The notes: generated by a model not told the origin, from the sequence alone. A DNA stretch of 64,000 nucleotides from an uncultured virus (IMG/VR IMGVR_UViG_3300009785_000024) (IMGVR_UViG_3300009785_000024), one strand, 5' to 3'; positions 8,649 to 18,763 are shown, counted from the stretch's first letter. Numbers and translations: made by a program.

Positions 8649-10133
8649 CTACTCCTTCAGCTCCACATTATGTATTTCGTAATCAAAGTTTTCTTCGTTG
8701 TATATATTTATTCTTTCTCTAAAGTGTTGTAATGTATAATTCTCTTTTTCTCCATGTGAAACATCATCTGATATATCGTATAATGTCGCATTTACTTTAT
8801 TGTCACCAAGTCTTAAACCACGACCAATAGATTGTAAGTTTCTTATCCTAGACTTACTAGGACTAGAAAAAATAATATTATGCAAGTTTCTAATATTAAT
8901 ACCAGTAGAAAAAGTACCATAGGAAGCGACAATGATTGCATTATCACTCTTCTCTGTAATTGCTCTAATGTTTTCTCTGTCATCTGCTGACACTCCTCCG
9001 TATACGAAAAATACTTTACGACCATCATCTACTTTCTTTTCAATTTGTTCTTGTAATATCTTACCATGTTTTTCTACAAATTGAAATAACAATAGTGTAT
9101 TACCTTGAAGACCATTTGTCAAGTTAGTGATATATTTGTTTCTTGCTTTACTAGCACATAAGAAATCCATTTCTTCTTGGTAGTTCTTATCTTTTAGAAA
9201 GTCTTTACTATTCTTTCCATGCTTGAGTACTAAGCAGTGTATTTTAAAGGCTGCTAGTTGTTTCTTATCTATCAAGTCAGTTGTACTCGCAACTCTGTTT
9301 ACAGCCCCGAATAGACCCTCTAGCACGAGCTTATGCGTCTTTGAACCATCTAATGTACCAGTCATACCTATTCGATATTTACAATTAGTCATCTTCGTCA
9401 TTATACCTGTAAGGGACTGGGATTTGAATAGATGTGCTTCATCACCAATGATACAACCAAATTGTGCAAACCATGTTTTAGGTAGTTTATATATTGATTG
9501 CCAAGTAGATATAACTACTTTCTTTGTTGTGTCTTTATCGTGTCCTTGATATATTCTATGAATGTGTTTTGTGTTATATCCATATTCTGCAAAGTCTTTA
9601 TATAATTGTTCTACTAGTGATGTTGTAGGTACAATGATTAATACTTTATTTGATTTCTTTTCTTTAATTCTTAATAACTGAAATCTTAATATGAGATATG
9701 CAATAAGTGATTTACCACTAGCAGTTGGCGATAGTAATAAACATCTATCTTCTTGTATGGCATGATAGAAAGCATTGAATTGATAATCTCTAATAGTAAT
9801 CTTAGGTATCTTTAATGCTTTACAAAATCTAGCACACTCTAATTTATCTAATGGTTTTGCTTTCTCTTTTATTTTAGATACAATACTAATATTGTTATCT
9901 TCACAAAACTTTTTAATATATGGTAGTAGACCATAGTATATCTCACCACTTGCATATTTAAAAAGTCTTATCTTACCATCCCAATATCTACTTCTATATT
10001 GAGGCATGAATTTATAACCAGGAACTTCAAATGTAAAAAACTCTGATAGTTCTCTACGAATATCGCTCTCGGCTTCTATTGAAAGATAGACTTCATCTTT
10101 CTTTTCTAATATTAAATAACGATTTTCTACCAT
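8649..10133 (-). CDS. uvsW: RNA-DNA/DNA helicase UvsW
   Basis: WDGKIRLF, RDYQ, SPTASGKS, DEAH, QSIGRGLR. Confidence 0.96.
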   Translation of the reverse strand: MVENRYLILEKKDEVYLSIEAESDIRRELSEFFTFEVPGYKFMPQYRSRYWDGKIRLFKYASGEIYYGLLPYIKKFCEDNNISIVSKIKEKAKPLDKLECARFCKALKIPKITIRDYQFNAFYHAIQEDRCLLLSPTASGKSLIAYLILRFQLLRIKEKKSNKVLIIVPTTSLVEQLYKDFAEYGYNTKHIHRIYQGHDKDTTKKVVISTWQSIYKLPKTWFAQFGCIIGDEAHLFKSQSLTGIMTKMTNCKYRIGMTGTLDGSKTHKLVLEGLFGAVNRVASTTDLIDKKQLAAFKIHCLVLKHGKNSKDFLKDKNYQEEMDFLCASKARNKYITNLTNGLQGNTLLLFQFVEKHGKILQEQIEKKVDDGRKVFFVYGGVSADDRENIRAITEKSDNAIIVASYGTFSTGINIRNLHNIIFSSPSKSRIRNLQSIGRGLRLGDNKVNATLYDISDDVSHGEKENYTLQHFRERINIYNEENFDYEIHNVELKE

Positions 10134-10136
10134 TTA

Positions 10137-10565
10137 TCAAATAGCGCCAGAAGTAAACTTACGCCATTCAATAGCATCCTTGATTAGGAATCCACGATTT
10201 GATATTTGTTTGATTGTTTTGTCCAGATAATCACATATAGTTTTCAAGTAATCTACTTTTTGCTTTATTCTTATGTAATCTTCATCTGCGTCAATGTACT
10301 TATCAACATCATACTTTAAAAGTTTTAGATTGAATGGTTTAGTTTGATAAACTGCTGGGTCCGCTTTCCCTGTGTAATATTCCCATTTATGTAATTTTAT
10401 AATCTTTAGTTCATTTTCAGTTTTAGAAAGTAAAAGATTAAACTTGTTGTAATGCTTCAAAAATTCATTATGTAGTTGTGGTGTTTTAAGAGCTTCAATA
10501 TCAAGCTCGGTATCATTGATTTTTAATTTCTTATCTGAAAGTTCTTGTAATTCTTCTAATGTCAT
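10137..10565 (-). CDS. uvsY: Recombination mediator UvsY
   Basis: KWEYYTGKA, YIDADE, RGFLIKDAIEWRKF; adjacent to uvsW. Confidence 0.93.
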   Translation of the reverse strand: MTLEELQELSDKKLKINDTELDIEALKTPQLHNEFLKHYNKFNLLLSKTENELKIIKLHKWEYYTGKADPAVYQTKPFNLKLLKYDVDKYIDADEDYIRIKQKVDYLKTICDYLDKTIKQISNRGFLIKDAIEWRKFTSGAI

Positions 10566-10596
10566 AATATAGTATCTTTCTCCAGTTTTAAGTATA

Positions 10597-10625
10597 ATTA
10601 TATACTAAATCTAGTGTTTTGTCAA
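10597..10625 (-). promoter_or_regulatory. Consensus sigma70 promoter for uvsY-uvsW
   Basis: TTGACA-N17-TATAAT exact consensus. Confidence 0.85.
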
Positions 10626-10635
10626 GCTTCTATTG

Positions 10636-11250
10636 TTAATAAGTTGTAGAAGTTTTGCCAGGTTCAGCAAAAGAATAAGTTGTATATTTAAAGCTAACAC
10701 TACTAGTTAAGTATTGAACATCACCTGCTTGTTGACTATAATTTACACCGGTTAATGAAACAGGAAATATATCTCTAAATCTTACTTCTTTAATCGGATT
10801 ATTCTTTGCACTTAATATTGTTAGTGTGGCGTCAGACAAAATACCTCCTTGAGGAGTAGCAGTTCCTTCTCTACCAGCATTGGCATTTTGCACACCTTTA
10901 CCTTGTGTAGGAAATCTATCTCTTCCAGATTTTACTAAATTAGAATAATCTGAATGGTCTTCAGGAAAACCAAGACCTCTTAACCAAGCAAATACTTCTT
11001 CATAGTTTTCTAACTTTTCATCTATCATAAATGTAAGTACTAAATCTCCAAAGTCAAGTTTAGTTCCAGGCAAAGGTATATCTCTCAAAGGAGTTACCTG
11101 TGTTGCATTGGTCATCTGTAGGCTTGGGATATTAACTTCTGTACAAAAGTATTCTACCTTTGGAAGTTTTGTAATATTAAACTTAAATTGCGTTGGTGAC
11201 GCATAATCAAGTTGCGTTGGTTGTCGAGTGATTGCGTTTGTACTTGTCAT
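10636..11250 (-). CDS. gp3: Tail completion / sheath stabilizer
   Basis: SPTQFKF..KLPKVEYFC..NIP, FMIDE.L.NY, SDATLTIL, FP.SL. Confidence 0.9.
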   Translation of the reverse strand: MTSTNAITRQPTQLDYASPTQFKFNITKLPKVEYFCTEVNIPSLQMTNATQVTPLRDIPLPGTKLDFGDLVLTFMIDEKLENYEEVFAWLRGLGFPEDHSDYSNLVKSGRDRFPTQGKGVQNANAGREGTATPQGGILSDATLTILSAKNNPIKEVRFRDIFPVSLTGVNYSQQAGDVQYLTSSVSFKYTTYSFAEPGKTSTTY

Positions 11251-11255
11251 AATAC

Positions 11256-11263
11256 TATTTATA
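11256..11263 (-). promoter_or_regulatory. T4-type late promoter (gp3)
   Basis: TATAAATA 5 nt upstream of the ATG. Confidence 0.8.
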
Positions 11264-11269
11264 AGACCT

Positions 11270-11302
11270 AATAAACCCCTAGTAAAACTGAATTACTAGG
11301 GG
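11270..11302 (-). terminator. Intrinsic terminator after alkB
   Basis: CCCCTAGTAA-N7-TTACTAGGGG hairpin followed by TTTATT. Confidence 0.7.
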
Positions 11303-11308
11303 CCATAA

Positions 11309-12376
11309 TTATACTAATTTTTGTGCTATTTTAATCTCGTCAGCACTTGCATAATCACTATCCCATTTGTCTAAATGTTTTTTCATAAACTTATTAAACA
11401 ATGGTGGTATTAACGCAATAGTGAAAAGTGTAAAGTAACCAACACCAGTATTAGGAGCACCGACATCATCAAGTTCCCAGAAGTGTGTTTCACCTCTATC
11501 GTGGTGGTCTGCTTGACGACCAATTTCAATGAAGAACCAACTTGTGAATAATGTTGAGTTATCCCAGTTGTGTCGATAATCTATTGGTTGATTTTTTACT
11601 CTTATTAAACCGTAGTGTTCTAGGTAGTTCAATGCTTCTAACTCAAAGTTTGAGATAACCCACATTGTTGCTAATACAGCAACACCTGTCCAACCACCTG
11701 CCATAAAGAATAAACTTACTATAGGTACAGACATAAGATATCCTCTTATCCATCTGTTATCAAAACTGATAAAAGATTTACCTATTCTACTTAATCTTGC
11801 TTTCTCCATTTCAAAAAGAAACTTTGATTGACCAAGATAAGACAATAGATAATGTCCGTATATTGTACGACCACGAGGTGCAGTCGCTGGGTCATCTTCA
11901 CTTGCAAGTTCTAAATGATGATTGTATACATGAGCATAGCAAAAATGTGCTGACCCACTTAACGCCATCATCCATCTACTTATTACAAATGACCCACCTT
12001 TTGTATGAGATAGTTCGTGTCCATATATGATACCGATACCTAAAAAGATACCAGCAGATAATGTTGTACCAACTAACTCCATGCCACCCACTCCGTTAAA
12101 GAGTTTGTAAGCGACAACTAATTGTAGGATTAAGAAAACAGGTAACATTAAATACATAACGCTGTTTTGCAACCACGCAATACCTAATGAGTCTCCATTT
12201 CCATCAACCCCAGCACCTTTAGTTTGGTATGTGATTAATGTATCTATTATTATTCCAACACCTAATAAAGCAACACCAGTCCACGCAAATAGACCACCTA
12301 TGTGGATACCGTAAGCAGTAGTGATGATTAATATTGGTGCAATGAAATAACGAATATTTGTTAAGAGTTTTAACAT
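11309..12376 (-). CDS. alkB: Alkane 1-monooxygenase-family membrane di-iron hydroxylase
   Basis: Transmembrane N-terminus and His boxes HELSH, HVYNHH, NYLEHYG, QADHH; DPATAPRG motif. Confidence 0.88.
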   Translation of the reverse strand: MLKLLTNIRYFIAPILIITTAYGIHIGGLFAWTGVALLGVGIIIDTLITYQTKGAGVDGNGDSLGIAWLQNSVMYLMLPVFLILQLVVAYKLFNGVGGMELVGTTLSAGIFLGIGIIYGHELSHTKGGSFVISRWMMALSGSAHFCYAHVYNHHLELASEDDPATAPRGRTIYGHYLLSYLGQSKFLFEMEKARLSRIGKSFISFDNRWIRGYLMSVPIVSLFFMAGGWTGVAVLATMWVISNFELEALNYLEHYGLIRVKNQPIDYRHNWDNSTLFTSWFFIEIGRQADHHDRGETHFWELDDVGAPNTGVGYFTLFTIALIPPLFNKFMKKHLDKWDSDYASADEIKIAQKLV

Positions 12377-12439
12377 AATATCCTCCGACTATTACTAGTC
12401 ATTAATTGCATAGTGATAAGTCTTTTATCACTCTAATAT

Positions 12440-12470
12440 TATTTATAACATAAAGAAGTTTCTATGTCAA
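12440..12470 (-). promoter_or_regulatory. Composite sigma70 plus T4 late promoter for alkB
   Basis: TTGACA-N17-TATAAA with TG extension; the -10 lies within TATAAATA (12440-12447). Confidence 0.75.
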
Positions 12471-12522
12471 GTATTTGATGTATATAATAAAATCTGAATA
12501 TACTTATATTGTAATGTGGGCC

Positions 12523-12551
12523 AAAAAAAAGGCGACTTTTACATCGCCTTT
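12523..12551 (-). terminator. Intrinsic terminator after gp23
   Basis: AAAGGCGA-N8-TCGCCTTT hairpin ending in a T8 tract. Confidence 0.85.
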
Positions 12552-12589
12552 CTTCATAAGATTGTCTACTATACAATCACTATTTGCAA

Positions 12590-13921
12590 TTACGCAAGGT
12601 TAGTGATTTGTACTTTTCTGTAGTATCTGTTTGAGTTAGCAGCACCCGAACCGTTAACAACAGCATTATCACCAGAACCCGCTTCAGCAAAAGGATTTGC
12701 TTGTAAGCCGTATCTAGTTTTAAAACCGATTTTCGGTTGGAAAGTGTCTTGTCCAACTGCTCTAACCATTTGTAATGGCACATAAGGGCAATAGAACATA
12801 CCAGCGTCATAAGGTGAAGTACCTTTGTAGCCAACAACATAAAATTGTTTGCTAGAGCCGTTCGCACTATATGGATCAATGTACACTTTGAATCTGCCGT
12901 TTAAGACACCAGCAAAAGTGTTCCCTGTATCGTCAACAGCTAAGTTGTTGTTCAATGCAGGTGTATAGTCTAAAACACCAGCCATCTGTAATGCACTAGC
13001 AACATCGGAAGAACAGATAATAACATTACCTTTTCCTCTTCTTGTTCTTTGTGCGATAGCGTTAGCGTCTCTTTCTAGTTGGAACATAAGTCCTTTAAAT
13101 CTCTCTACAGACCATCTACCGTTTGAGTCAGTATCTAAATCAAAGATACCAGCAGTAGTTGTGTCAGTTTGAGCACCTTTTTCTGAATTTACATAGATAG
13201 TTCTAACAACTTCTCTGTTAATTTCAGCAAGGATTTCAGCAGAAAGAATATTCGCTAATTCAGACTCAGCGTCTAAACCGTGAATAGCTTTAAGGTCTTG
13301 TGCAAGTTCCATTGTATACTCAGCTTTAAGAGCTCTTGACTTAGCAGTTACCGTTGACTTCTCAATTGAGAATGCCATTTCAGCAAAACTATTATTAGCC
13401 GTGTCTCCTAATGCTTCTGCCGTAGCAGTAGTCATTCCACCTTCAGCAGTATATGCTCCAGGTGAAGAGTCGTTAAGTACAGCAGGATTTGTTTCTCCAG
13501 CAGATGATGTTCCAGCAGAACCAGGTACATCGGCTGTAGTTTTCGCAGCTGAGAATTGTGATTCAGCTTCGTCAAATAATGCCTCTGTTCCGTTTGAAGC
13601 CTTAAATCTGCTTCTCATAGCAAAGATAAGTCCAGTTGGACCAGACATTGGTTGTACGCCAGCGATATCGTAAGCGATAAGGTTTGGCATTGCTCGTCTT
13701 ACTAGACTAATTAGGATTGGATCCCAGTTAGCTACAGAACCAGCAGTTGAGTTAGTCGGCGCAGTTTCAGTCATAAACTGAGCGTCCTCTTTTAGTGCTC
13801 TTTCTTGGTTTTCAAGTATAACACTAGTAACAGCTCGTTTATAAGTATCCGTAATTTTTGGTAAATCTGGATGCTCTAATACTGGCTGCCACTTTTTTTG
13901 GTAGTTTTCAGATAAGTACAT
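12590..13921 (-). CDS. gp23: Major capsid protein
   Basis: KWQPVL, LISLVRRAMPNLIAYDI.GVQPM.GPTGLIFA, KSRALKAEYT.ELAQDLKAIHGLDAE, YCPYVPLQM. Confidence 0.98.
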   Translation of the reverse strand: MYLSENYQKKWQPVLEHPDLPKITDTYKRAVTSVILENQERALKEDAQFMTETAPTNSTAGSVANWDPILISLVRRAMPNLIAYDIAGVQPMSGPTGLIFAMRSRFKASNGTEALFDEAESQFSAAKTTADVPGSAGTSSAGETNPAVLNDSSPGAYTAEGGMTTATAEALGDTANNSFAEMAFSIEKSTVTAKSRALKAEYTMELAQDLKAIHGLDAESELANILSAEILAEINREVVRTIYVNSEKGAQTDTTTAGIFDLDTDSNGRWSVERFKGLMFQLERDANAIAQRTRRGKGNVIICSSDVASALQMAGVLDYTPALNNNLAVDDTGNTFAGVLNGRFKVYIDPYSANGSSKQFYVVGYKGTSPYDAGMFYCPYVPLQMVRAVGQDTFQPKIGFKTRYGLQANPFAEAGSGDNAVVNGSGAANSNRYYRKVQITNLA

Positions 13922-13963
13922 ATCTTGTTCCTCTCTCCTATTATTATTTTATTAACTTGAACA

Positions 13964-15127
13964 CTAAAGTTTCAAGTCTTTTGTTTTACTAATAGCGGTA
14001 GTATAAGCAGCCATTGCATTAGATAAATCTTGTGTAGAATCTACACCGTTATTATCAGCTACCGCATTATCTATTTCGCTGTCAGAGTTGGCTTCTTTTT
14101 TTGTTCCAAAATAACTTTCTTTAATAGTCATTACTTTGTTTCTAAAGTCTTCACCGTTTGAAAATTCAACCGCTTCAGTTAGTTTATCAAATTTCTCTTT
14201 CGATACATCTGTTAAATCCGAAGCAACATCAGCTAAAATGTCAGACTTTTCAAGTAAGTTTGTCTTACCGTTAAGTTCAACATTCTTCGCAATCTGTTCG
14301 TTAAGTTTATTTTCTAACGATTCGATTTTTGAAGCTTGGTCTTCTAACACATCATATTTTTCATCAGGTACATCTATATAGTGGTCTTCAAAAAGTTTTT
14401 TTAGACCCGAAATAAAGTCCTCAGCAATTTCGCCCTTGATACCTTTTTCAATAGCAAGTTCGTTTTCTTTCATCCATTCGTTGACAACATAGTTCAAATA
14501 ATTGTCTACCTTCTCAACTAATTCGGATTTAGCTTTAGCACTTTCTTCATCAAATTTCTTATTATAGTCTACTTCCATTTCTTCAGCAATTTCTTTTACT
14601 TTACTAGTAATTGCAGCTTCAAAAATAGTAGCAGCCTTTAATTTAAATTCTTCGGACAAGTCTGATTCACCAGAGGTCAAAGCGTCAATGTGTTCTTTTA
14701 CATCAATGTCTTTCGCTTTCTGGTCAGTAGATTCCTTAGAAGTAGATTTAGCGTCTTTGTCGTCAGCTTCAGATTCTTTTTTCATCTTGTGGCCGTCTTC
14801 ATTAGTTGCTTTATCTTTCTTCTTATCTAGGAATTTTTTCAGACCGTCAGGCATATCTCCCTCGGAAATCTTCTCGCCATCAGAATCAGTTTCTTCCTTC
14901 TTTACAGAAGGCATTGGATCCGCACTACCAGAATTTTTCTGTTGAGCGTCACCTGAAACTAGTTTAACTTTTTTGGTTGCGTCTGGATTACTATCTGTAG
15001 GTTTTACTACAGCAGCACCTAAATCTTCAGCACTATTAGATAGTGGTGAATTTTCAGCAGCTACAGCGTTCTTTTTGGGAGCGTCTGGAACCGTCATTTC
15101 TGCGACCTGTTTTTCTGTCTCGGCCAT
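13964..15127 (-). CDS. gp22: Prohead core scaffolding protein
   Basis: LSEEFK.KAATIFEAA, VD.YL.YVV.EW..EN.LA; position between gp21 and gp23. Confidence 0.93.
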   Translation of the reverse strand: MAETEKQVAEMTVPDAPKKNAVAAENSPLSNSAEDLGAAVVKPTDSNPDATKKVKLVSGDAQQKNSGSADPMPSVKKEETDSDGEKISEGDMPDGLKKFLDKKKDKATNEDGHKMKKESEADDKDAKSTSKESTDQKAKDIDVKEHIDALTSGESDLSEEFKLKAATIFEAAITSKVKEIAEEMEVDYNKKFDEESAKAKSELVEKVDNYLNYVVNEWMKENELAIEKGIKGEIAEDFISGLKKLFEDHYIDVPDEKYDVLEDQASKIESLENKLNEQIAKNVELNGKTNLLEKSDILADVASDLTDVSKEKFDKLTEAVEFSNGEDFRNKVMTIKESYFGTKKEANSDSEIDNAVADNNGVDSTQDLSNAMAAYTTAISKTKDLKL

Positions 15128-15186
15128 ATTGAAGTTCTCCTTATTTCTTTTAAAAAAAATAATTATTTTCTTGTTTTGTTATAAGA

Positions 15187-15194
15187 TATTTATA
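15187..15194 (-). promoter_or_regulatory. T4-type late promoter (gp22/gp23)
   Basis: TATAAATA in the intergenic gap. Confidence 0.8.
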
Positions 15195-15197
15195 ATA

Positions 15198-15845
15198 TTA
15201 CAAACCTTTAAGGAACTTACTAAATACCAACGCTTTCGCTTCGGCAAGTTTTAGTGATTTTGCTTCCTTAATGTATTTTTTATATTCTTCAATATCTTTT
15301 TGTTTTATTACACCATTGTCCCAAATCCATTCTTTTCCTTCCATAATGCCTTCTACGAAAGCGTCAGGAGCAGATGGGTCTGCCACAATGTCAGCTGCAG
15401 TTGCAAGGTAAAAGTCGTTTCCAACTCTTGCTTCACCACCACGACTTCTCTCTAATGAACCCATACCACGAGAAGAAACGCCTAATTTAGCGCCTTCATC
15501 TATAAGATTTTTTACAATCTTACCATATGGAGTATCCATTATCTTTGCTTCACCGATAAAGTTGTTACCGTCTGGATAGAGTTTAGTAATCATATGACTT
15601 ACTCTTTCCAAGTTAACCGTTGGTCCATCAGGATGTCCTAATTCACCAAACGCTCTTTTCTGTTCCACAAATTCTCTGTTATATCTACTAACTTCTTTTG
15701 CTAGTGTTTCTTTAGGATAGACTCTACCATTTCTGTTTTTTATTTCAGATTGTAGGAATACGCCACGAATTTTGTAATTCGTTTTACCTTTTACTTCTTC
15801 GGTGATGTATTCTACATTTTCCAAAGTTTCTGTAATTAATTTCAT
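15198..15845 (-). CDS. gp21: Prohead protease
   Basis: NRNGRVYP, GELGHP, VSSRGMGS, DIVADPSAPDA. Confidence 0.96.
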   Translation of the reverse strand: MKLITETLENVEYITEEVKGKTNYKIRGVFLQSEIKNRNGRVYPKETLAKEVSRYNREFVEQKRAFGELGHPDGPTVNLERVSHMITKLYPDGNNFIGEAKIMDTPYGKIVKNLIDEGAKLGVSSRGMGSLERSRGGEARVGNDFYLATAADIVADPSAPDAFVEGIMEGKEWIWDNGVIKQKDIEEYKKYIKEAKSLKLAEAKALVFSKFLKGL

Positions 15846-15870
15846 AATAGTTTATCTCTCTCTTTCCTAA

Positions 15871-15878
15871 TATTTATA
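15871..15878 (-). promoter_or_regulatory. T4-type late promoter (gp21)
   Basis: TATAAATA upstream of the ATG. Confidence 0.8.
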
Positions 15879-15885
15879 ATATTTA

Positions 15886-16281
15886 TTATCTAAATTCAAC
15901 AATAATCGTATAATTGTCATTTAATGCAAAGTCTTTAGTACTTAAATAGACATATCCGTTAGGCGATGTCGCATTGTTTACTATGTCATTTCCCGCAGTT
16001 CTAAAGTCTAAATGCCCTTGTCCAGATAATAATAATGATGTTGTGTTTTCAGTAGCGCCTCCCCAAGCAATCTCTACTGCTGATTTTCTATTTGCAGTAT
16101 TAACTGAATACCACACTTTCGCAATCTCTTTAGTACCATCTGCTGTCATAAAGTTAGAAGTTGTCGGGTTAGCAATCACGGTGTTTGTCTCACCAGTGCC
16201 ATCAGAATAGTTTGTTTGTTTTACAACATACTTAACACCTGCCGTGTCCGATATTATCTGTTGTGTTACCAAATCTGCCAT
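15886..16281 (-). CDS. Hypothetical, probable virion structural protein
   Basis: Beta-rich ORF (SDGTGE, LSGQG.LD) in the head operon. Confidence 0.65.
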   Translation of the reverse strand: MADLVTQQIISDTAGVKYVVKQTNYSDGTGETNTVIANPTTSNFMTADGTKEIAKVWYSVNTANRKSAVEIAWGGATENTTSLLLSGQGHLDFRTAGNDIVNNATSPNGYVYLSTKDFALNDNYTIIVEFR

Positions 16282-16282
16282 T

Positions 16283-16624
16283 TTATTTTGTCTCCGTTTC
16301 TTTCTGTACTTCTACAGCCATATTGAATTTTGACACATTAGCGTCTGTCGTAATCTCTAAAGTTGTTGCCGTATTTAATTCTTGTTCAATTACTTTACGA
16401 GCTTCACCTTCTTTTAATCCCCAATTACCAAACCCTGTTAAACTTAAAGATTGGTCTCCGAGTTTAAGAGTCGCTGTGCCTGTTCCTCTAATCTCATAAT
16501 ATACATTCGCTAAAGATACAGATTGACCAGCAGAATATAATGTTCCACTTTCATTGTCCGCACCACTAGCCGTAATAATAGCTTTAGTGGTATCGTCTAC
16601 CTTTGAGACAATACTTAATGCCAT
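16283..16624 (-). CDS. Hypothetical, probable virion structural protein (distantly similar to 15886..16281)
   Basis: Coupled ORF with similar V.Y and L.G.G.W/L patterns. Confidence 0.6.
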   Translation of the reverse strand: MALSIVSKVDDTTKAIITASGADNESGTLYSAGQSVSLANVYYEIRGTGTATLKLGDQSLSLTGFGNWGLKEGEARKVIEQELNTATTLEITTDANVSKFNMAVEVQKETETK

Positions 16625-16628
16625 CTAA

Positions 16629-16865
16629 TTACTCCGAAAAATATGTTGTCAATGCAGTCTCTACATCGCTATCGCCGGCCGCAACTTCTGTGATTTTAGT
16701 TTCAATAATATCAACTAAATCTTGTGGTTGTTTCCAATCAATTGCGTCAAGGCCACTTACTAAGGATTCTACACTTTCTTTCATCGCTGGTGATAGAGCG
16801 TTGAATCTATCATTTTTGATGTAACCAGATGTATGTCCTACAATACTTGATACCGTTAATGCCAT
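16629..16865 (-). CDS. Small acidic prohead-region protein
   Basis: Coupled ORF between gp20 and gp21. Confidence 0.55.
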   Translation of the reverse strand: MALTVSSIVGHTSGYIKNDRFNALSPAMKESVESLVSGLDAIDWKQPQDLVDIIETKITEVAAGDSDVETALTTYFSE

Positions 16866-16867
16866 TT

Positions 16868-17176
16868 TTATTCTCCTGTGTTACCAGGTGTTGCCTGGTT
16901 AAATGCTTGTTTTACTTCGTCTTCTGTAGCGTTTTGTCCAATAGGTGAAGCAATTTCAGGTTTCGGATCGGAATGGTCTTCAGCATTAACCTCTCCAGTC
17001 ATTACATTAGCTGCACTTTGAAATAGAGAAGAAGCGTATTCTTTTCTACTTGTGTCTAATGCGTCTCCGACTTTATCTCTTAAAGCACCTTTAAAAGCGT
17101 CACCGGCCTCTGCGTTATTGCCTTTTGCTAATTGGTCTACAAAAGTATCTACTTGTGTTATTTCATTATCTGCCAT
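16868..17176 (-). CDS. Prohead core protein (gp67-like position)
   Basis: Acidic helical protein (A.DAF..AL.DKV..AL) immediately after the portal. Confidence 0.6.
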   Translation of the reverse strand: MADNEITQVDTFVDQLAKGNNAEAGDAFKGALRDKVGDALDTSRKEYASSLFQSAANVMTGEVNAEDHSDPKPEIASPIGQNATEDEVKQAFNQATPGNTGE

Positions 17177-17198
17177 TTTATGTTCTCCTTATATATTT

Positions 17199-18716
17199 CT
17201 AATAACCAGTATCGTCAGGTACACTTGTTTGTGGAGCTGCGATAAGACCATCATCAATTTCTTTTTTAATTTGATTATCAATTTGTTCAATTTCTCTTTC
17301 AGATTGTTTTAAAATAGTTTGTCGTACAAATTGTACACTAAAGTATTTACCAACATAATCTCTCACATCATTCGCTAATGCTATTCTTTCTCTTAATAGT
17401 TCAGCGTCTTTCAGTTCCGAGAAATGACCATCAGCCAAAAAGTCGTATTTAATTTTTTGACTAATTGCCTCCCAGTCTTCTTCATTTATGACTGATTTTA
17501 AAACTAGTTGAGTTCTTAATAAGTCATTAAATAAATCTGTAAATTTCTTTCTTAATCTATGTACAAACTTCGTAAATTTAAGTTCGTCTCTAGTAATTTC
17601 AGTTGTTCTACCTAAATTGAAACCTTGACTTCCTTCTAATCTACTTACTGGTACATTTAAACTTCTATATAGTTTTGCTTTAAAGTATTCAATATCACCT
17701 GTCTCACCTAGGTTTTGTCCACCAGGTAATGTAGTAATATCAGTTCCTCTTCCGCCTTCTCTACTTGGTAACCAAAAGTCTTCAAGCATAGACATATAGT
17801 TTCTATCGTCTCTAATCTCTCCAGTACTTGCGTCATAGACAAGTTTGTTTCTGTATCTTGCCATAACATCACGGAGATATTGCTCTGCTTTTACTTTAGG
17901 TAAGTTACCTACATCAATCTTAAATATTCTTCTTTCAGGTGCTCTTGCAATTCTGTAAATAACAACAGCGTCTTCAATCATTCTTAATTGATTAACTGGT
18001 TTAATTGCCTTGTGCATATAACCCATAACCATATTTTTGTTCAAGTCTACTAATCCACTTGGACAAAATGCGATAGCGTCTGTAGCAATCTTAATACCAC
18101 CACTTGCCATACCAGGTCCTGCAACACCTTTTTCATTGTATAAAAAATACTCATTGTAGTCATGTACCACTTGTATGTTTGCCATATCAATTGGTCGACC
18201 TTTTTTAATCTCTCGTATTTTTTTAATCTTACGAGGATCAATATACCTTAATTCTGTTATACCTCTTACAGGCGATTCTCTATCAATAACTTTATGATAG
18301 TAAATTCTTCCATCAACATACCATCTTCTGAATATGTCGTGTCCTTTTGTACTAAAGTTCATCAACCTTAGTATCTCTTTAAATTCATCTTCAACCTTAC
18401 GCTTAACTTTATCGCTAAAGTCCGTGTCAGTTAAATCTACTCGTACTGGATCTCTATCTATCTCGTTTGCAACTATAGCCTCGTTGACAATATCTTCAAC
18501 AGCCATATCACATTCAGGATGGATTGAAATCTCTCTATACCTTCTTATTAAGTCTTGCTCTGTCTTGGCGTTACCTTCCATGTCAAGGTATTGACCAAAA
18601 TAACCACCAGCAGAGACGGTTTGTGTTCCGTCATCTGCTGAGGGTTGAGTAAAACTTTGCTTCGGGTCTGGAGTATCTTTAACTCTAGTAATTTGAAAAC
18701 CGAAAAGTTCTGCCAT
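17199..18716 (-). CDS. gp20: Portal vertex protein
   Basis: WYVDGR, YIDPRKIKK, IYRIARAPERRIF.IDVGNLPK.KAEQY, MLEDFWLP, EITRDELKF. Confidence 0.98.
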   Translation of the reverse strand: MAELFGFQITRVKDTPDPKQSFTQPSADDGTQTVSAGGYFGQYLDMEGNAKTEQDLIRRYREISIHPECDMAVEDIVNEAIVANEIDRDPVRVDLTDTDFSDKVKRKVEDEFKEILRLMNFSTKGHDIFRRWYVDGRIYYHKVIDRESPVRGITELRYIDPRKIKKIREIKKGRPIDMANIQVVHDYNEYFLYNEKGVAGPGMASGGIKIATDAIAFCPSGLVDLNKNMVMGYMHKAIKPVNQLRMIEDAVVIYRIARAPERRIFKIDVGNLPKVKAEQYLRDVMARYRNKLVYDASTGEIRDDRNYMSMLEDFWLPSREGGRGTDITTLPGGQNLGETGDIEYFKAKLYRSLNVPVSRLEGSQGFNLGRTTEITRDELKFTKFVHRLRKKFTDLFNDLLRTQLVLKSVINEEDWEAISQKIKYDFLADGHFSELKDAELLRERIALANDVRDYVGKYFSVQFVRQTILKQSEREIEQIDNQIKKEIDDGLIAAPQTSVPDDTGY

Positions 18717-18763
18717 TATATTTTCCTCACAAGTTTACTTTTTATTATATATTTATTCAACTA

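Noticed and set aside
12580..12879. Alternative-frame minus-strand ORF overlapping the gp23 3' end
   Set aside because: No RBS or slippery site noticed; composition typical of an off-frame reading.
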